From contig CAVTEH010000003.1 in assembly GCA_963733635.1 (NCBI GenBank), positions 352,574-416,573 on the forward strand: 64,000 nt of DNA. The letters run 5' to 3'. The DNA comes from an uncultured Actinomycetota bacterium. GTDB lineage: Bacteria > Actinomycetota > UBA4738 > HRBIN12. Of this stretch, positions 1 to 9,821 are shown one piece after another. The position numbers and the translations under genes were made by a program. The notes below the pieces were generated by a model. The model was not told the origin of the DNA and did not search any database. It saw only the letters and a list, made by a program, of their open reading frames with translations. Within the stretch, counting starts at the first letter, position 1; every line of letters begins with the position of its first letter.

Positions 1-1788
1 GGCGAAGGCCGCCGTCCGTGCTTCGTCCACGTCGCTGCGAGCGAGCTCGATGAGCGCGGTGGTTCCCGCCTGATCGTCGCCGTTGGCCACGAGCGCCGCC
101 GCGTGCGCTCGCACGACTGGATCCGCGTCGAGCCTGAGTGCACCGAGCACCACGGAGGTGGCTCCATCTTGTCCGCCGCCGAGCGTTGCGACGGCCTCAA
201 CCGTCGCGAGCCGCACCGACGCTTCTCGATCGGTCGAGCGTTCCAGGATCGCGGGCAGCGCAGCAGCGCTCCCACCCCGGGCGAGCGAGGCGATCGCCGT
301 GGCTCGAACTTCCGCGTCCTCATCGCCGAGTCTGGAAACGAGTGGCCCCACCGCCTCCTGTGGGTCCATGTCTCCCAGCACATGCGCGGCAACGTTGCGC
401 ACCCGCGCGTCTGGGTCGGCGAGCGCGTCGATGGCCGCGACCAGCGCCGATCGATCCGTGCGCGCGACGCCGAACGGCTCCACACCCGCAGGGACCGCAT
501 CGAAGACCTGTGGCCGCCCCTCACGCAGGGCCTTCACCAGCTCGCGCGGATACGCGCGGCGCACCCCCATCATCGCCGCGGTCGCGACCACCGCACAGGC
601 CAACCCCACGCCGTACAGCATCGCTGGGCTGAGCGATCCGCCGATGAGCGCGATGACGCCGGCCAGCACGGTTCCCACCTGCGTCGGTCCTCCGTACAGG
701 AACGCGCGGGTCTGGTCGCGCCGGTCCGTGGGCACCGTGTTGATCACGGCCTCCCAGGAGCTGAGGGCACCACCGGACAGCCAGGCCACCTGTGCGAACC
801 GGAACACGGCCAGGATCGCGAAGCTCGCGTCGATCGCGAGCACGCCGAAGGCCACCACGTACAGGAGCGGCAGCACCAGCAGCACGGTGGGGACCCCGAA
901 GCGCGACAGCAGCCGGTTCGTCACGAACAGCGACAGCAGGAACGCAACGCCGGTCGACAGACCGAAGAAGAGCCCGAAGAAGCCGGCCAGCTGGTCCGGG
1001 TCGGGGTAGCGATCGGTGGCGGCCCGCGAGAACGGCAGGTACAGCGAGAAGAACAGCAACGAGAACAGGATCGATCCCAGAGCCATCCATCGCATCAGCG
1101 TGGAACGTCGCGCATACCGGAATCCGCGCGCCAGCTGCTCGACCGGACCAGCATCGCGGCGACCCCGTGCCCGCCCGGAGCGAGGTTCGCCTCCGATCGC
1201 CAGCAACCGTGCTCCGAGGATCACGACCGCCACGAGCGTCGCGACCCACACCAACAGCAGGTTGGGTGAGCCGATCCAGGTCGCGAGCGGCGAGGTGACC
1301 AGGCCACCGAGCACGTATCCGAGCACACCGCCCGCGCCGATGAGCGGGAAGAAGCGCTTGGCCTGACGGGTGTCGGTGACCAGGCCGGCCAGCCCCCACA
1401 CCGCCAAGCTCACGAGGAACTGCGCTGCTCCCTGCAGCAGCCACAGCGCCTGGGTGATCCACGCGATGTCCGAGGCGAGCGCGATCCGTCCCGCGGCAGC
1501 GACCAGCGCCAGCGCGACCGGGATGGACAGACACGCGCGCCCGCGCCCCAGCCGCCCGAGCAGCGCGCCGAACGCGATCGTCAGCAGGAACATCGTGGCG
1601 CCCAGGATCAGATACATCACCGGCAGCTTCGAGACCCCGTACTGCGCGAAGAACAGCGCCTCGATGCCGCTCCCGCCGATCATCAGTCCCGCGGAGGCGA
1701 AGAACGATGCCGCGACCGCAAGCCCGACCGGCTTGCCCTCGCCCGGCCTCAGTCCGAGGAGTCTCGCGGCTCGGCCCTCAGGGGCCAT
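1..1788 (-). CDS. MFS-type transporter fused to C-terminal HEAT/PBS-lyase-like repeats (Npt1/Npt2-like architecture); 3' end runs off the window
   Basis: Own minus-strand translation from ATG (complement of 1786-1788): MAPEGRAARLLGLRPGEGKPVGLAVAASFF... It shows about 12 hydrophobic TM-like segments, then repeated D.D..VR..A..AL HEAT-like units continuing to position 1. There is an 11-nt overlap with the stop of the upstream gene. It is not in the supplied ORF track because it is edge-truncated. Confidence 0.6.
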   Translation of the reverse strand, partial: MAPEGRAARLLGLRPGEGKPVGLAVAASFFASAGLMIGGSGIEALFFAQYGVSKLPVMYLILGATMFLLTIAFGALLGRLGRGRACLSIPVALALVAAAGRIALASDIAWITQALWLLQGAAQFLVSLAVWGLAGLVTDTRQAKRFFPLIGAGGVLGYVLGGLVTSPLATWIGSPNLLLVWVATLVAVVILGARLLAIGGEPRSGRARGRRDAGPVEQLARGFRYARRSTLMRWMALGSILFSLLFFSLYLPFSRAATDRYPDPDQLAGFFGLFFGLSTGVAFLLSLFVTNRLLSRFGVPTVLLVLPLLYVVAFGVLAIDASFAILAVFRFAQVAWLSGGALSSWEAVINTVPTDRRDQTRAFLYGGPTQVGTVLAGVIALIGGSLSPAMLYGVGLACAVVATAAMMGVRRAYPRELVKALREGRPQVFDAVPAGVEPFGVARTDRSALVAAIDALADPDARVRNVAAHVLGDMDPQEAVGPLVSRLGDEDAEVRATAIASLARGGSAAALPAILERSTDREASVRLATVEAVATLGGGQDGATSVVLGALRLDADPVVRAHAAALVANGDDQAGTTALIELARSDVDEARTAAFA

Positions 1789-4417
1789 CGGCCACCACGA
1801 GCTCGAGCATCTGATCCAGGTTCATCGCGAAGCCTTCAGCGTAGGCGCGTTCTGTTTCCTGTTCACCGAGCGTCGCTCGAGCTTCCTGCAGCAGATCGCC
1901 GTAGTACGCCAGTCCGGTCTCAGGGATGTGCAGGTCGAAGTCTTCCTCGAGCCTTCCGTAGGCGCCCATGAGACGCGCGGCATGATGGTGCCCCCCGTCC
2001 TGGTTGGCGAGCCAGGCATGTGGATGCAACAGACCCCCGACGTTGGCCGCGTTCGCGGAATCGACCGCCACCTGCGTCGCCTCATCCAGGCGTGCGCGGG
2101 CGTTCTCCAGATCACCCATCGTGACGGCGACGGTAGCCATGCCCAGCAGATCCTCGATGATGTAGAGGCTGTCGCCGGCTTCCCGATGCAGCGCCAGCGC
2201 CCGCTCGAAGTGCTCGGTCGCAGCGGCCGTGTCCCCGCCGAACATCCGCGAGTACGCGAAGGCGGTCGAGATCTGGGCTCGCAGATAGAGGTCGCCTTCT
2301 TCCGCGATCTCGAGACTCTCGTGGAGCATCGCTTCCCCTCGAACGAACTCCTGCGTCACCACCAGCGAGACGAATGAGGCGTCATAGAGCGCCCACGAGA
2401 GCAGGCGCGCGTCCCCGAGCTCCCGGGCGATGGCGACCGCTTCGTCGTATTGATCACCCACGCGCTCGTAGTCGGTCTGCCAGTACGCGAGGCTGGCGAG
2501 GGCTCCGAGCGCCCTGGCCCGCACGGCGTCGCGACGCTGCGCGCCGGGAAGCCCGAGCAGTCGCTCCAGCCTCGGCCGTCCCTCCCAGATCCGCCCCCGC
2601 TCTTTCCAGTAGTGCCAGAGCGCCGTTGCGGTGCGCAGGCCGGTGATCACGTCATCGTCGGCCCGCGCCTGCTGGGACCAGTCCAGTGCCGCTCGCAGGT
2701 TGTCGTTCTCGCGCTCAAGGATCGTCAGCCACCGCATCTGGTCGTCGCGGGTCAGGAACGGCTCCGCCTCCTCGGCAAGGGCTCGGAAGAACCCGGCGTG
2801 GCGGCGCCGCAGGGCCACGAGGTCATCGGCGTCGGATGTCTCGAGCCGATCGGTGGCGAACTCCCTGATCGTCTCGAGCATCGTGAACCGGAGCTCGCCG
2901 CCTTCGAGCTCGACGCGGCGTACCAGGCTGTCGTCGACGAGCGTGCCGAGACCGCCGAGCACATCCAGGTCGTCTCCGCACACCGTCTCGGCGGCCTCGA
3001 GCGTCCAGCCGCCCGCGAAGACGGCCAGCTCAGCGACCAGCCGCTGATCGTCGGGATCCAGGAGCTCGTGGCTCCACGCGATCGTCCCTTCCAGCGTTCG
3101 GTGTCGCTCGGGGGCATCGCGAGCGCCGCCGGTGAGCAGCGGGAGGCGTTGCTCCAGGCGAGCGGACAACGCCTCGACGGTCAGGACCCGCAGCCTGCTC
3201 GCTGCCAGCTCGAGCGCGAGTGGCAGCCCGTCGAGACGAGCGACGATCTGTGCCACAGCAGGCGCGTTCTCGTCGGTGACCCGGAACCCGGGCCGGACGG
3301 CGGCGGCCCGTTCGACGAACAGCAACACGGACTCGCAGGTGCTCATGCGCTCGACATCCGCGAGCTCATCCTGCAAGGGCAGCGGAAGGGGAGACAGCCG
3401 GAACTCCTGCTCCCCCGACAGCCGGAGCGGGATGCGACTGGTGGCCAGCACCGCGAGACGTGGAGCGTCGTCTAACAGCGTCCCCACGATCGGGCTTGCC
3501 TCGATCAGCTGCTCGAAGTTGTCGAGCACGAGCAGCAGCTCTCGACCGCGGAGGTCATCCTGCAGGGCATCGACCAGGTCGCGGCCGGGCGTCTCGCGCA
3601 CGCGCAGTGCGCGGGCGATCTCCGGGATCACGAACGCCGGCTCGGTGACAGGGCCGAGGTCGACGAAGCAGATTCCGTCGGCGTATCTCTCGAGCCGTTC
3701 CGAGGCGATCCTCAGAGCGAGCCGTGTCTTGCCGGTGCCGCCCGGTCCCGTGACCGTCAGCAATCGTGTGGCGTCGAGCAGCTCACCGATCTCCGTGATC
3801 TCGCGGTCTCGCCCGACGAACGAGGTTCGGGGCGCGGGAAGGTTCGTCCGTTTCGCCTGCAGCGACCGAAGCGCGGGGAAGTCGGCGGGCAGCTCGTCGA
3901 GGACCAGGTCGTGCAGATGTTCGGTGTGCTCGATGTCCTTCAGCCGGTGGGCACCGAGGTCGCGGACCGTCACACCATCGGGCAGCGCGGCGGTCACGAG
4001 GATCCGGGTGGCCTCGGAGATGACGATCTGGCCCCCGTGGCCTGTCGCGGCGATGCGGGCGGCGCGGTTGACGTCGATCCCCAGGTAGTCGTCGCCGCCC
4101 ACGATGCCTTCACCGGTGTGCAGGCCCATCCGCACCCTGATGCTCTGACCGTTGGGCCGCGGGTCGCTGGCGAGCTCTCGCTGGGCTTCGACCGCTGCGC
4201 GCACCGCCCCGCTCGCGGTCGGGAAGACGACGAAGAAGGAGTCGCCCTCCGTGCGGATCTCCACACCGTTCCCGGCCGCGATCGCAGCTCGCATGATCGC
4301 CGCGTGTCGTTCCTGCAGCGTTCCGTAGTCCTCGCGGCCCATCTCTTGCAGGAGGCGCGTCGACCCCTCGATGTCGGTGAACAGGAACGTGACGGTGCCG
4401 GTCGGCAGCTCGGACAT
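1778..4417 (-). CDS. Multidomain signalling protein: N-terminal class III adenylate/guanylate cyclase domain + STAND/AAA NTPase + C-terminal TPR repeats
   Basis: Intact 879-aa ORF. Cyclase motifs FLFTDIEGST...GDSFFVVF...VRMGLHTGE. Walker A TGPGGTGKTRLA with LLVLDNFEQ (NB-ARC-like). TPR-like helical C-terminus. Same architecture as mycobacterial cyclase-ATPase family but without LuxR HTH. Confidence 0.85.
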   Translation of the reverse strand: MSELPTGTVTFLFTDIEGSTRLLQEMGREDYGTLQERHAAIMRAAIAAGNGVEIRTEGDSFFVVFPTASGAVRAAVEAQRELASDPRPNGQSIRVRMGLHTGEGIVGGDDYLGIDVNRAARIAATGHGGQIVISEATRILVTAALPDGVTVRDLGAHRLKDIEHTEHLHDLVLDELPADFPALRSLQAKRTNLPAPRTSFVGRDREITEIGELLDATRLLTVTGPGGTGKTRLALRIASERLERYADGICFVDLGPVTEPAFVIPEIARALRVRETPGRDLVDALQDDLRGRELLLVLDNFEQLIEASPIVGTLLDDAPRLAVLATSRIPLRLSGEQEFRLSPLPLPLQDELADVERMSTCESVLLFVERAAAVRPGFRVTDENAPAVAQIVARLDGLPLALELAASRLRVLTVEALSARLEQRLPLLTGGARDAPERHRTLEGTIAWSHELLDPDDQRLVAELAVFAGGWTLEAAETVCGDDLDVLGGLGTLVDDSLVRRVELEGGELRFTMLETIREFATDRLETSDADDLVALRRRHAGFFRALAEEAEPFLTRDDQMRWLTILERENDNLRAALDWSQQARADDDVITGLRTATALWHYWKERGRIWEGRPRLERLLGLPGAQRRDAVRARALGALASLAYWQTDYERVGDQYDEAVAIARELGDARLLSWALYDASFVSLVVTQEFVRGEAMLHESLEIAEEGDLYLRAQISTAFAYSRMFGGDTAAATEHFERALALHREAGDSLYIIEDLLGMATVAVTMGDLENARARLDEATQVAVDSANAANVGGLLHPHAWLANQDGGHHHAARLMGAYGRLEEDFDLHIPETGLAYYGDLLQEARATLGEQETERAYAEGFAMNLDQMLELVVADGP

Positions 4418-4423
4418 GACGGC

Positions 4424-5445
4424 TTAGCCGGCCGGCGGCTCGCCGGTCGCGTCGTGGTCGTAGTACTCGTAGGCAGACATGGCCTTCCCGGTCGATGAGC
4501 GCCACTCGCGCTCTTTCTCCGGCGCCTTGCCCAGGACCTTGGCCATCTCGTGCACGTGCTCGGCGACCGATCCGCAACACGAGCCGATGTAGCGAACACC
4601 GGCGTCACGAGCGTCGGTGGCGAACCGCGCCAGATCGACTCGGCCCAGCGTCATCGGCGTCAGCTCGAACGGGAACTCGTCCCACGAGGTGAAGTCGGGC
4701 TTCGCGTCCGTGGTGGCGTAGGCCACGGGCTGGGCCGCGATCGGTACCAGCCGGCCACCCCGCGCACCATCGCCGCCGCGATGGGCAGCTGCTGCGCCGG
4801 AGCGTTGAGGCAGTTCACGCCCACGATGTCGGCGCCCGCGTCGGCCAGCCGCTGCGCGCACGTGGCCGGGTCGTCGCCCTCGTACGACCGCGCCGGGAGC
4901 TTCTCGAACGACATCGTCACCATGACCGGCAGGCCGGTGGCCTTCGCCCGTTCGACGAACAACAGCGCCTCACCGAGGTAGGAAAAGGTTTCGCCGATCC
5001 AGAAGTCGGGCGGCCCTGCGTCGATCTGGCCCTGCAGCTGTGCATCGAGCAGCTCACGCACGTGGCCGGGGCTGGCGTGGTCGGCAGGGTCGTAGGCCCA
5101 CGTCAACGACAGGTTGCCGGCGACCAGCGCGTCGCCTTCGGTCGCCACCTCACGCGCGATGCGCACGGCGTTCCTGTTGATGTCGGCGACCTTGCCGCCG
5201 AGGCCCACCGTCTCCAGCTTGTCCTCGCTGGCATAGAAGGTCATCGTCTGCAGCACCTCGGCGCCGGCTCGCAGGAACTCGCGATGCAGCTCCTGCAGCG
5301 CGTCCGGATGATCGATCACCACCTCGGGCGTGAACGGGCCAGCCTGCACGTACCCGCGCTTCTCCAGTTCCAGCAGGTAGCCGCCGTCGCCCAGCACGGG
5401 CCCCTCGGCGAGCCGTTCCATGATCCCTCGTGACTCAGTCGACAT
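4424..5445 (-). CDS. mmuM: Homocysteine S-methyltransferase (MmuM/BHMT family), apparent single frameshift near 4745-4760
   Basis: 261-aa ORF (5445 down) has hallmarks GDGGYLLELEKRG, VNCLN. The C-terminal third continues natively in the 145-aa ORF frame (PIAAQPVAYATTDAKPDF...GSCCGSVAEHV). The frame switch lies between AAAMVRG and VPIAAQ. Confidence 0.7.
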
Positions 5446-5496
5446 CGCACGGCCTTCCCTCGACGATGTCCGAGTGTAGGACCGCTCGCCTACGAT

Positions 5497-5781
5497 GTGG
5501 GCATGCGAGGTGATCGGGTCGAGGTGACGATGGATGTCGGGAACGGCGTCCAGACCTTCGAGATCGCGGCAACGCGTGCCGGTCGACGCGTGGAGGTCAC
5601 GACCGGAAGGACCGTCATCGAGGTCGCCGAGGTGACGCGAGGCGGCACGCCCGTGCGCACCTCAAGGTTCATGGCCTCGCGCGTCGTCGCCTTGGTCGAG
5701 CACCCTGGCGAGCGGGCCGTGAGCGGAGTGCGAGCGATCGGGCTTCCAAGGACTTCAGAAGATGAAGCCAAACCACGGTGA
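5497..5781 (+). CDS. Hypothetical small protein
   Basis: 94-aa ORF with native-looking composition in the gap between mmuM and the GNAT gene. No recognisable domain. Confidence 0.3.
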   Translation: MGMRGDRVEVTMDVGNGVQTFEIAATRAGRRVEVTTGRTVIEVAEVTRGGTPVRTSRFMASRVVALVEHPGERAVSGVRAIGLPRTSEDEAKPR

Positions 5782-6978
5782 AGGATCCGACGCGAACATC
5801 GCATCCGCTCGCGCGAGCGCGCCGGGCACCAGTTCCCGCATCTGCTGCCCTCGGGCGAGCTGGCTGAACGAGGTTCCTCCCAGATACGTGGCGGCCAGTG
5901 CATCGACGCCGCAGGACAGCTCCGGCTCAGCCTCGGTTCGCTCGCACGATGCCTCGCAGCCCTCGACGACCAGCTCGTAGCGACCCGACGTCTCAGGGCG
6001 GAACGCGTCGTCGACCTCGAGGACCAGTGCGCCATCGGCGGAGTATCGGCGACCTTCGAGGGACTGCGTGATGTCGATCAGGCGCACCCAGAGGCCGTCG
6101 GAAACCATGAACCGCAGTCGGCGGGGCTCCGCGACGAGCCACAGGAGCTCGTCGTCGGCCGGACGGTCCCAGGCTTTCACGGTGGCGATCAGATCCACGT
6201 CGAGCACGTACCTCCACAGGGCCGCCGTCGCCGCAGGGGTCGTCGCGATCAGTTGCTGCAGCTTCAGTTCGCTCGAGGACACGCCATGTGCCCATCCATC
6301 CTTGACCTTGTAGACCGCATAGCCGTCGGGAACCCCGTCATCGTCCTCATGAAGGGCGAAGAACAGCGGCTCGTCCTCGTCCCTCTTCCGCTCGTGGAAG
6401 AGCCAGGTCCACCAGCGGTCGTCGACCGCGATCATGCCGGGACGTGACGCCGCCACCGCGTCGTACACGGGTCGCATCGGCGCCAGGGCCTCGTCTCGCG
6501 CGAGAGCTCGCACTCGCCCGCTGGTCGAGATGCCGGCGACGAATGCGGATCGATCGGTTGACACCTCGAGTTCGGCACAGAGCGAGGCCATGCCGTAGCC
6601 GAAGCGGCCGTAGATCGGGGATTCCGAGGCCCACAGATATGCCAGTGGCTCCCCTCGCTCCGCCGCCTGGTCGAGCAGCGTGCCCATGAGTCCCGTGTTG
6701 ATGCCTCGCCGGCGATAGGAAGGGAGCACGCCGACCGCGGTGATGCCCGGCGCGGACACGGTACGGCCTCCGGGGACCGTGAGCTCGGTCGAGCACGCGC
6801 CCGCCGTGCCGACGATCTCGTTCCCGTCGAAGGCGGCGAAGTAGCGGTCGGGCTCGGCAAGCAGACGTTCCTGCTCGACGTCCTCCTCGTCATGGCGCCC
6901 GTGGAATGCTCGCACCAACGATCGGAGGAACGCCGGAAGCTCATCGGGAGCGATCGAGCGGATGGTCACGTCATCCAT
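5755..6978 (-). CDS. eis: Eis-like GNAT N-acetyltransferase (GNAT + SCP2-like C-terminal domain)
   Basis: 407 aa. ASESPIYGRFGYGMAS matches the Eis SEGGIYGRFGYG motif. Three-region architecture with YAVYKV...ELKLQQL middle and sterol-carrier-like tail. Confidence 0.8.
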   Translation of the reverse strand: MDDVTIRSIAPDELPAFLRSLVRAFHGRHDEEDVEQERLLAEPDRYFAAFDGNEIVGTAGACSTELTVPGGRTVSAPGITAVGVLPSYRRRGINTGLMGTLLDQAAERGEPLAYLWASESPIYGRFGYGMASLCAELEVSTDRSAFVAGISTSGRVRALARDEALAPMRPVYDAVAASRPGMIAVDDRWWTWLFHERKRDEDEPLFFALHEDDDGVPDGYAVYKVKDGWAHGVSSSELKLQQLIATTPAATAALWRYVLDVDLIATVKAWDRPADDELLWLVAEPRRLRFMVSDGLWVRLIDITQSLEGRRYSADGALVLEVDDAFRPETSGRYELVVEGCEASCERTEAEPELSCGVDALAATYLGGTSFSQLARGQQMRELVPGALARADAMFASDPSPWFGFIF

Positions 6979-7015
6979 GGCTCGCGAGCCTATCGAAGCG
7001 GTGTGGTACGTCGAG

Positions 7016-7798
7016 CTACTGTGCTCCCTCTGAGGGAGCGGGGAACAGGCTCGAGGTCACTGCCGGGACCCGGTCGAGGAACTCCAGCGCTGTCTCGAGC
7101 AACGGCTGTAACTCCCACGGATGAAGCCGTGGACGGTAGCACAAGAGTCTGCCACCCGCGACCTCGATCCCACCGAGGTCGGTTCGATCGAGCAACCACC
7201 CCATCATGCGTGCGTCTAGCAGCGCGTTCGCGAAGCGCTCGTCCGCCGACCGGACGGTGAACGCCCGGTTGAAGGCCTCGGACTCCGTGTTCACCTGGTC
7301 CATCGTGATGTGTTCGGCGGCTCGCGCCACGAGGGTCTCTCGAGCGATCAGCAGTGCCGGCCACCACGCGGGGAGAGGCGTCATCACGCACGAGAACCGT
7401 TCGAAGTCGTTGCGGGCCGGGTTCGACGAACGCGCGTACCAGTAGTCGCAGAGCGTGACCTCTCGTCCGTGCCACGTGCCGTGCATCACGTTCTCGAGCC
7501 CCCGGACGGTCGAGATGCGCCGGAACAGGGGGAACGGCCGATCGATGAGGCCGAACTCGTCGGTGGCGCTGAAGCGCAGACCGAGCGTACGAGCAGCGCC
7601 TTCGGTAGCGCTCCGACGGGGCTGCGTGCGGATCCACCAGGCGCCCGCTGCCATGCCGCCGAAGCCCAGCAGCACGACCAGCGCGATCGCAACGTCTCGG
7701 GCACTCCGCGCGTCGCCGTTCACCGTCGTCAGCAGCAGCCCGAACGCGAGGAAGGCGCCGAGGGAGTACGCAAGTATCCGCCAGGTCGAGGTCTTCAC
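7016..7798 (-). CDS. Hypothetical membrane protein (2 N-terminal TM helices; DUF3137-like?)
   Basis: 260-aa ORF. N-terminal hydrophobic helices (ILAYSLGAFLAFGLLL; IALVVLLGFGGMAAGAWW) then a soluble domain with MHGTWHGREV...FSCVMTPLP. Confidence 0.5.
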   Translation of the reverse strand: MKTSTWRILAYSLGAFLAFGLLLTTVNGDARSARDVAIALVVLLGFGGMAAGAWWIRTQPRRSATEGAARTLGLRFSATDEFGLIDRPFPLFRRISTVRGLENVMHGTWHGREVTLCDYWYARSSNPARNDFERFSCVMTPLPAWWPALLIARETLVARAAEHITMDQVNTESEAFNRAFTVRSADERFANALLDARMMGWLLDRTDLGGIEVAGGRLLCYRPRLHPWELQPLLETALEFLDRVPAVTSSLFPAPSEGAQ

Positions 7799-7833
7799 CT
7801 CGGACCTATCGGCAGTACGGTCGGTCGTGTTGA

Positions 7834-9792
7834 TCAGTCCCAGACCAGCGAGGCGACACTCACCGGGTCCGCGACCCCTTTGAGTAAGGCTTCGCGGCGA
7901 TCCGACACCGGGATGTCTCCGGCTTCGGCCAATGTCTCACCCGTGACGACGACCTCCCCACCTCCAGCCAGCGCCGCCACCCGGGCCGCCACGTGCACGC
8001 CCATGCCGCTGTAGTCGTCGCCTCGGCGGTTCGCCTCGGCGGCGTGCAGACCCATGCGAACCGAGGGGGCGAAGCCGCTCGTCCGGCGGTGCTCCTCCAG
8101 CGCCCGCTGGACCGCGATCGCGCAATCGATCCCTCTCCGCGCAGCGTCGAACGCAACGAAGAACCCGTCGCCGGTGGAGTTGACCACTTCGCCGCCGCTC
8201 CTGGCGAACAGCGTGCGGAGCGCCTCGTCGTGCCACCGCAGGAGGCGTTCCCAGGACTCGTTACCCAGGAGCTCCGCCAGGTTCGTCGACCCCACGATGT
8301 CGGTGAACAGGAAGGTCTTCCGGATCTGTGCGGGGGAGGCTCTCCGTTCGGCCGCGGCCTGCAACGCGCGTTCGGCCTCCTCGGCGTCGAGCCTGGCCCC
8401 GAGGCGGACGAACTCGTCGCGGGCCACTCCGAGCTCCAGGTCGGCCGCGTCCTCGTCGCGCATCGCCCGCAGCGCGGAGGCGAGCAGGGCTCGGCCTCGC
8501 GCCACCTCGTACGGCGCGGCGACCTCGCGCCAGTGGCCGATCGCCGTCCGGATCTCGCGGGCGGCCGCAGCGTGATCGCCTTCGGCGATGAGCACACGTC
8601 CGAGAGCCTCGTGCCTGCCGGCGTGCAGTGCGGGGGAGTCGTACGTCTGCCCGAGCCGGTCCAGCTCCTCGAACGCCTGTCGCGCCAGCGTCGGATCACC
8701 TGCGGTGACCGCGATCTGGATCTGTGCGGGGAGCAGACGCGCCCGCGCCCACTGATCCCACGTCTGTTGTTCCACGGCCGAGTTGATCGCCGCAAGCGCG
8801 GCGCGTGAGTTCCCTTCGGCGAGGCGTACCAACGCCAAGACCGGCTCCGTTGAGTGGCCGAGGGCGTGGGCCTGCCGTATCGCCTCCTCGGCGCCCGGGA
8901 GATCTCCCATCCGCAGTCTGATCTCCCCGATCGCGTAGAAGCCGTCGGCCATCGGGGGGATCGCGTTGAACTCGGCCAGCTCGTGGGTCGCCCGTTGGAG
9001 CTCCTCCTCTGCACGTTCCCAGGCGCCGCCCAATGCCACGACCTCGGCGCGGTGCACGCGGCACACGCCGGGGAAACCGGAGACGGATTGGCGATCGCAC
9101 CATCGCTCGGTCGCCTCGGTCCATTCACTCGCCCGCCGATAGTCGGTGAGGTCCCGGCACGCGGAGATCATGTTGCAGTAGGTGACGCCGGTGACGAAGG
9201 GGGAGAGCTCGCCGTTCACGGCGGCGATCGTGGCTTCTTCCATCAACGCGAATCCCTCGGCCGTCTCGCCGGTGGCGATCCGTAGGGCACCTAGGTCGGT
9301 CAGCGCCGTGGCCTGCAGGTCGGTGTCGTCGACCCTGGTCCCGATCTGGACGGCCTCCTCGGCAAGCTCGATCGCCCGCTCGATGGCTCCCGTCTCCTTC
9401 GCCCCCGCGCTCCTGCTGAGCGCGACGTACCCGTGCACATAGCACTCAGGTTGTCCTTCCAGGAGCCGCTCGCCTCGTCGCATCCACGCGGAGGCGATCG
9501 ATGGTCTCCCTCGAAAGGCGTACATCTGCGTGAGGTCGAGGGCCAAGTATGCCGCCCGGATCGGGTTCCCGATGGCGAGGTAGGCCTTGAACGCTCGCTC
9601 CTTGGCATCCAGGGCCAGATCCGCGTGCGCGGTGAACCAGGCGGCTTCGGCAAGGGATTCCAGATCGGAACCCGAGAGATCTCCATCCTGATCGGCACGT
9701 GAGAACAGCTCGAACGCCTCATCCCACGCATGCCGGTCCAAGGCCTCATGAGCGGCCTGCGTTGGATCGGACGCCGTGGGTTCGACCGGCAC
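7834..9792 (-). CDS. TPR-repeat protein with C-terminal class III adenylate/guanylate cyclase domain
   Basis: C-terminus FLFTDIVGSTNLAE...TGDGFFVAF...VRMGLHAAEA...YSGMGVHVAARV. Long TPR-like helical N-region. Probable GTG start at about 9792 preceded by GAGGAG. The ORF-track Met at 9999 gives an Arg-rich improbable extension. Confidence 0.75.
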   Translation of the reverse strand: MPVEPTASDPTQAAHEALDRHAWDEAFELFSRADQDGDLSGSDLESLAEAAWFTAHADLALDAKERAFKAYLAIGNPIRAAYLALDLTQMYAFRGRPSIASAWMRRGERLLEGQPECYVHGYVALSRSAGAKETGAIERAIELAEEAVQIGTRVDDTDLQATALTDLGALRIATGETAEGFALMEEATIAAVNGELSPFVTGVTYCNMISACRDLTDYRRASEWTEATERWCDRQSVSGFPGVCRVHRAEVVALGGAWERAEEELQRATHELAEFNAIPPMADGFYAIGEIRLRMGDLPGAEEAIRQAHALGHSTEPVLALVRLAEGNSRAALAAINSAVEQQTWDQWARARLLPAQIQIAVTAGDPTLARQAFEELDRLGQTYDSPALHAGRHEALGRVLIAEGDHAAAAREIRTAIGHWREVAAPYEVARGRALLASALRAMRDEDAADLELGVARDEFVRLGARLDAEEAERALQAAAERRASPAQIRKTFLFTDIVGSTNLAELLGNESWERLLRWHDEALRTLFARSGGEVVNSTGDGFFVAFDAARRGIDCAIAVQRALEEHRRTSGFAPSVRMGLHAAEANRRGDDYSGMGVHVAARVAALAGGGEVVVTGETLAEAGDIPVSDRREALLKGVADPVSVASLVWD

Positions 9793-9821
9793 AGTTGGGC
9801 TCCTCGTCGCGACGATACCTG

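Noticed and set aside
83-1534. Long ORFs on the + strand (308, 388, 164 aa) and a 337-aa minus-strand ORF in another frame
   Set aside because: Ala/Arg/Ser/Pro-rich low-complexity translations typical of wrong-frame reading in 70%+ GC DNA. The minus-strand frame starting at 1788 gives a coherent MFS/HEAT protein that explains the region.
2450-4088. 341-aa and 318-aa + strand ORFs
   Set aside because: Antisense to the intact 879-aa cyclase/STAND/TPR gene; composition is non-native.
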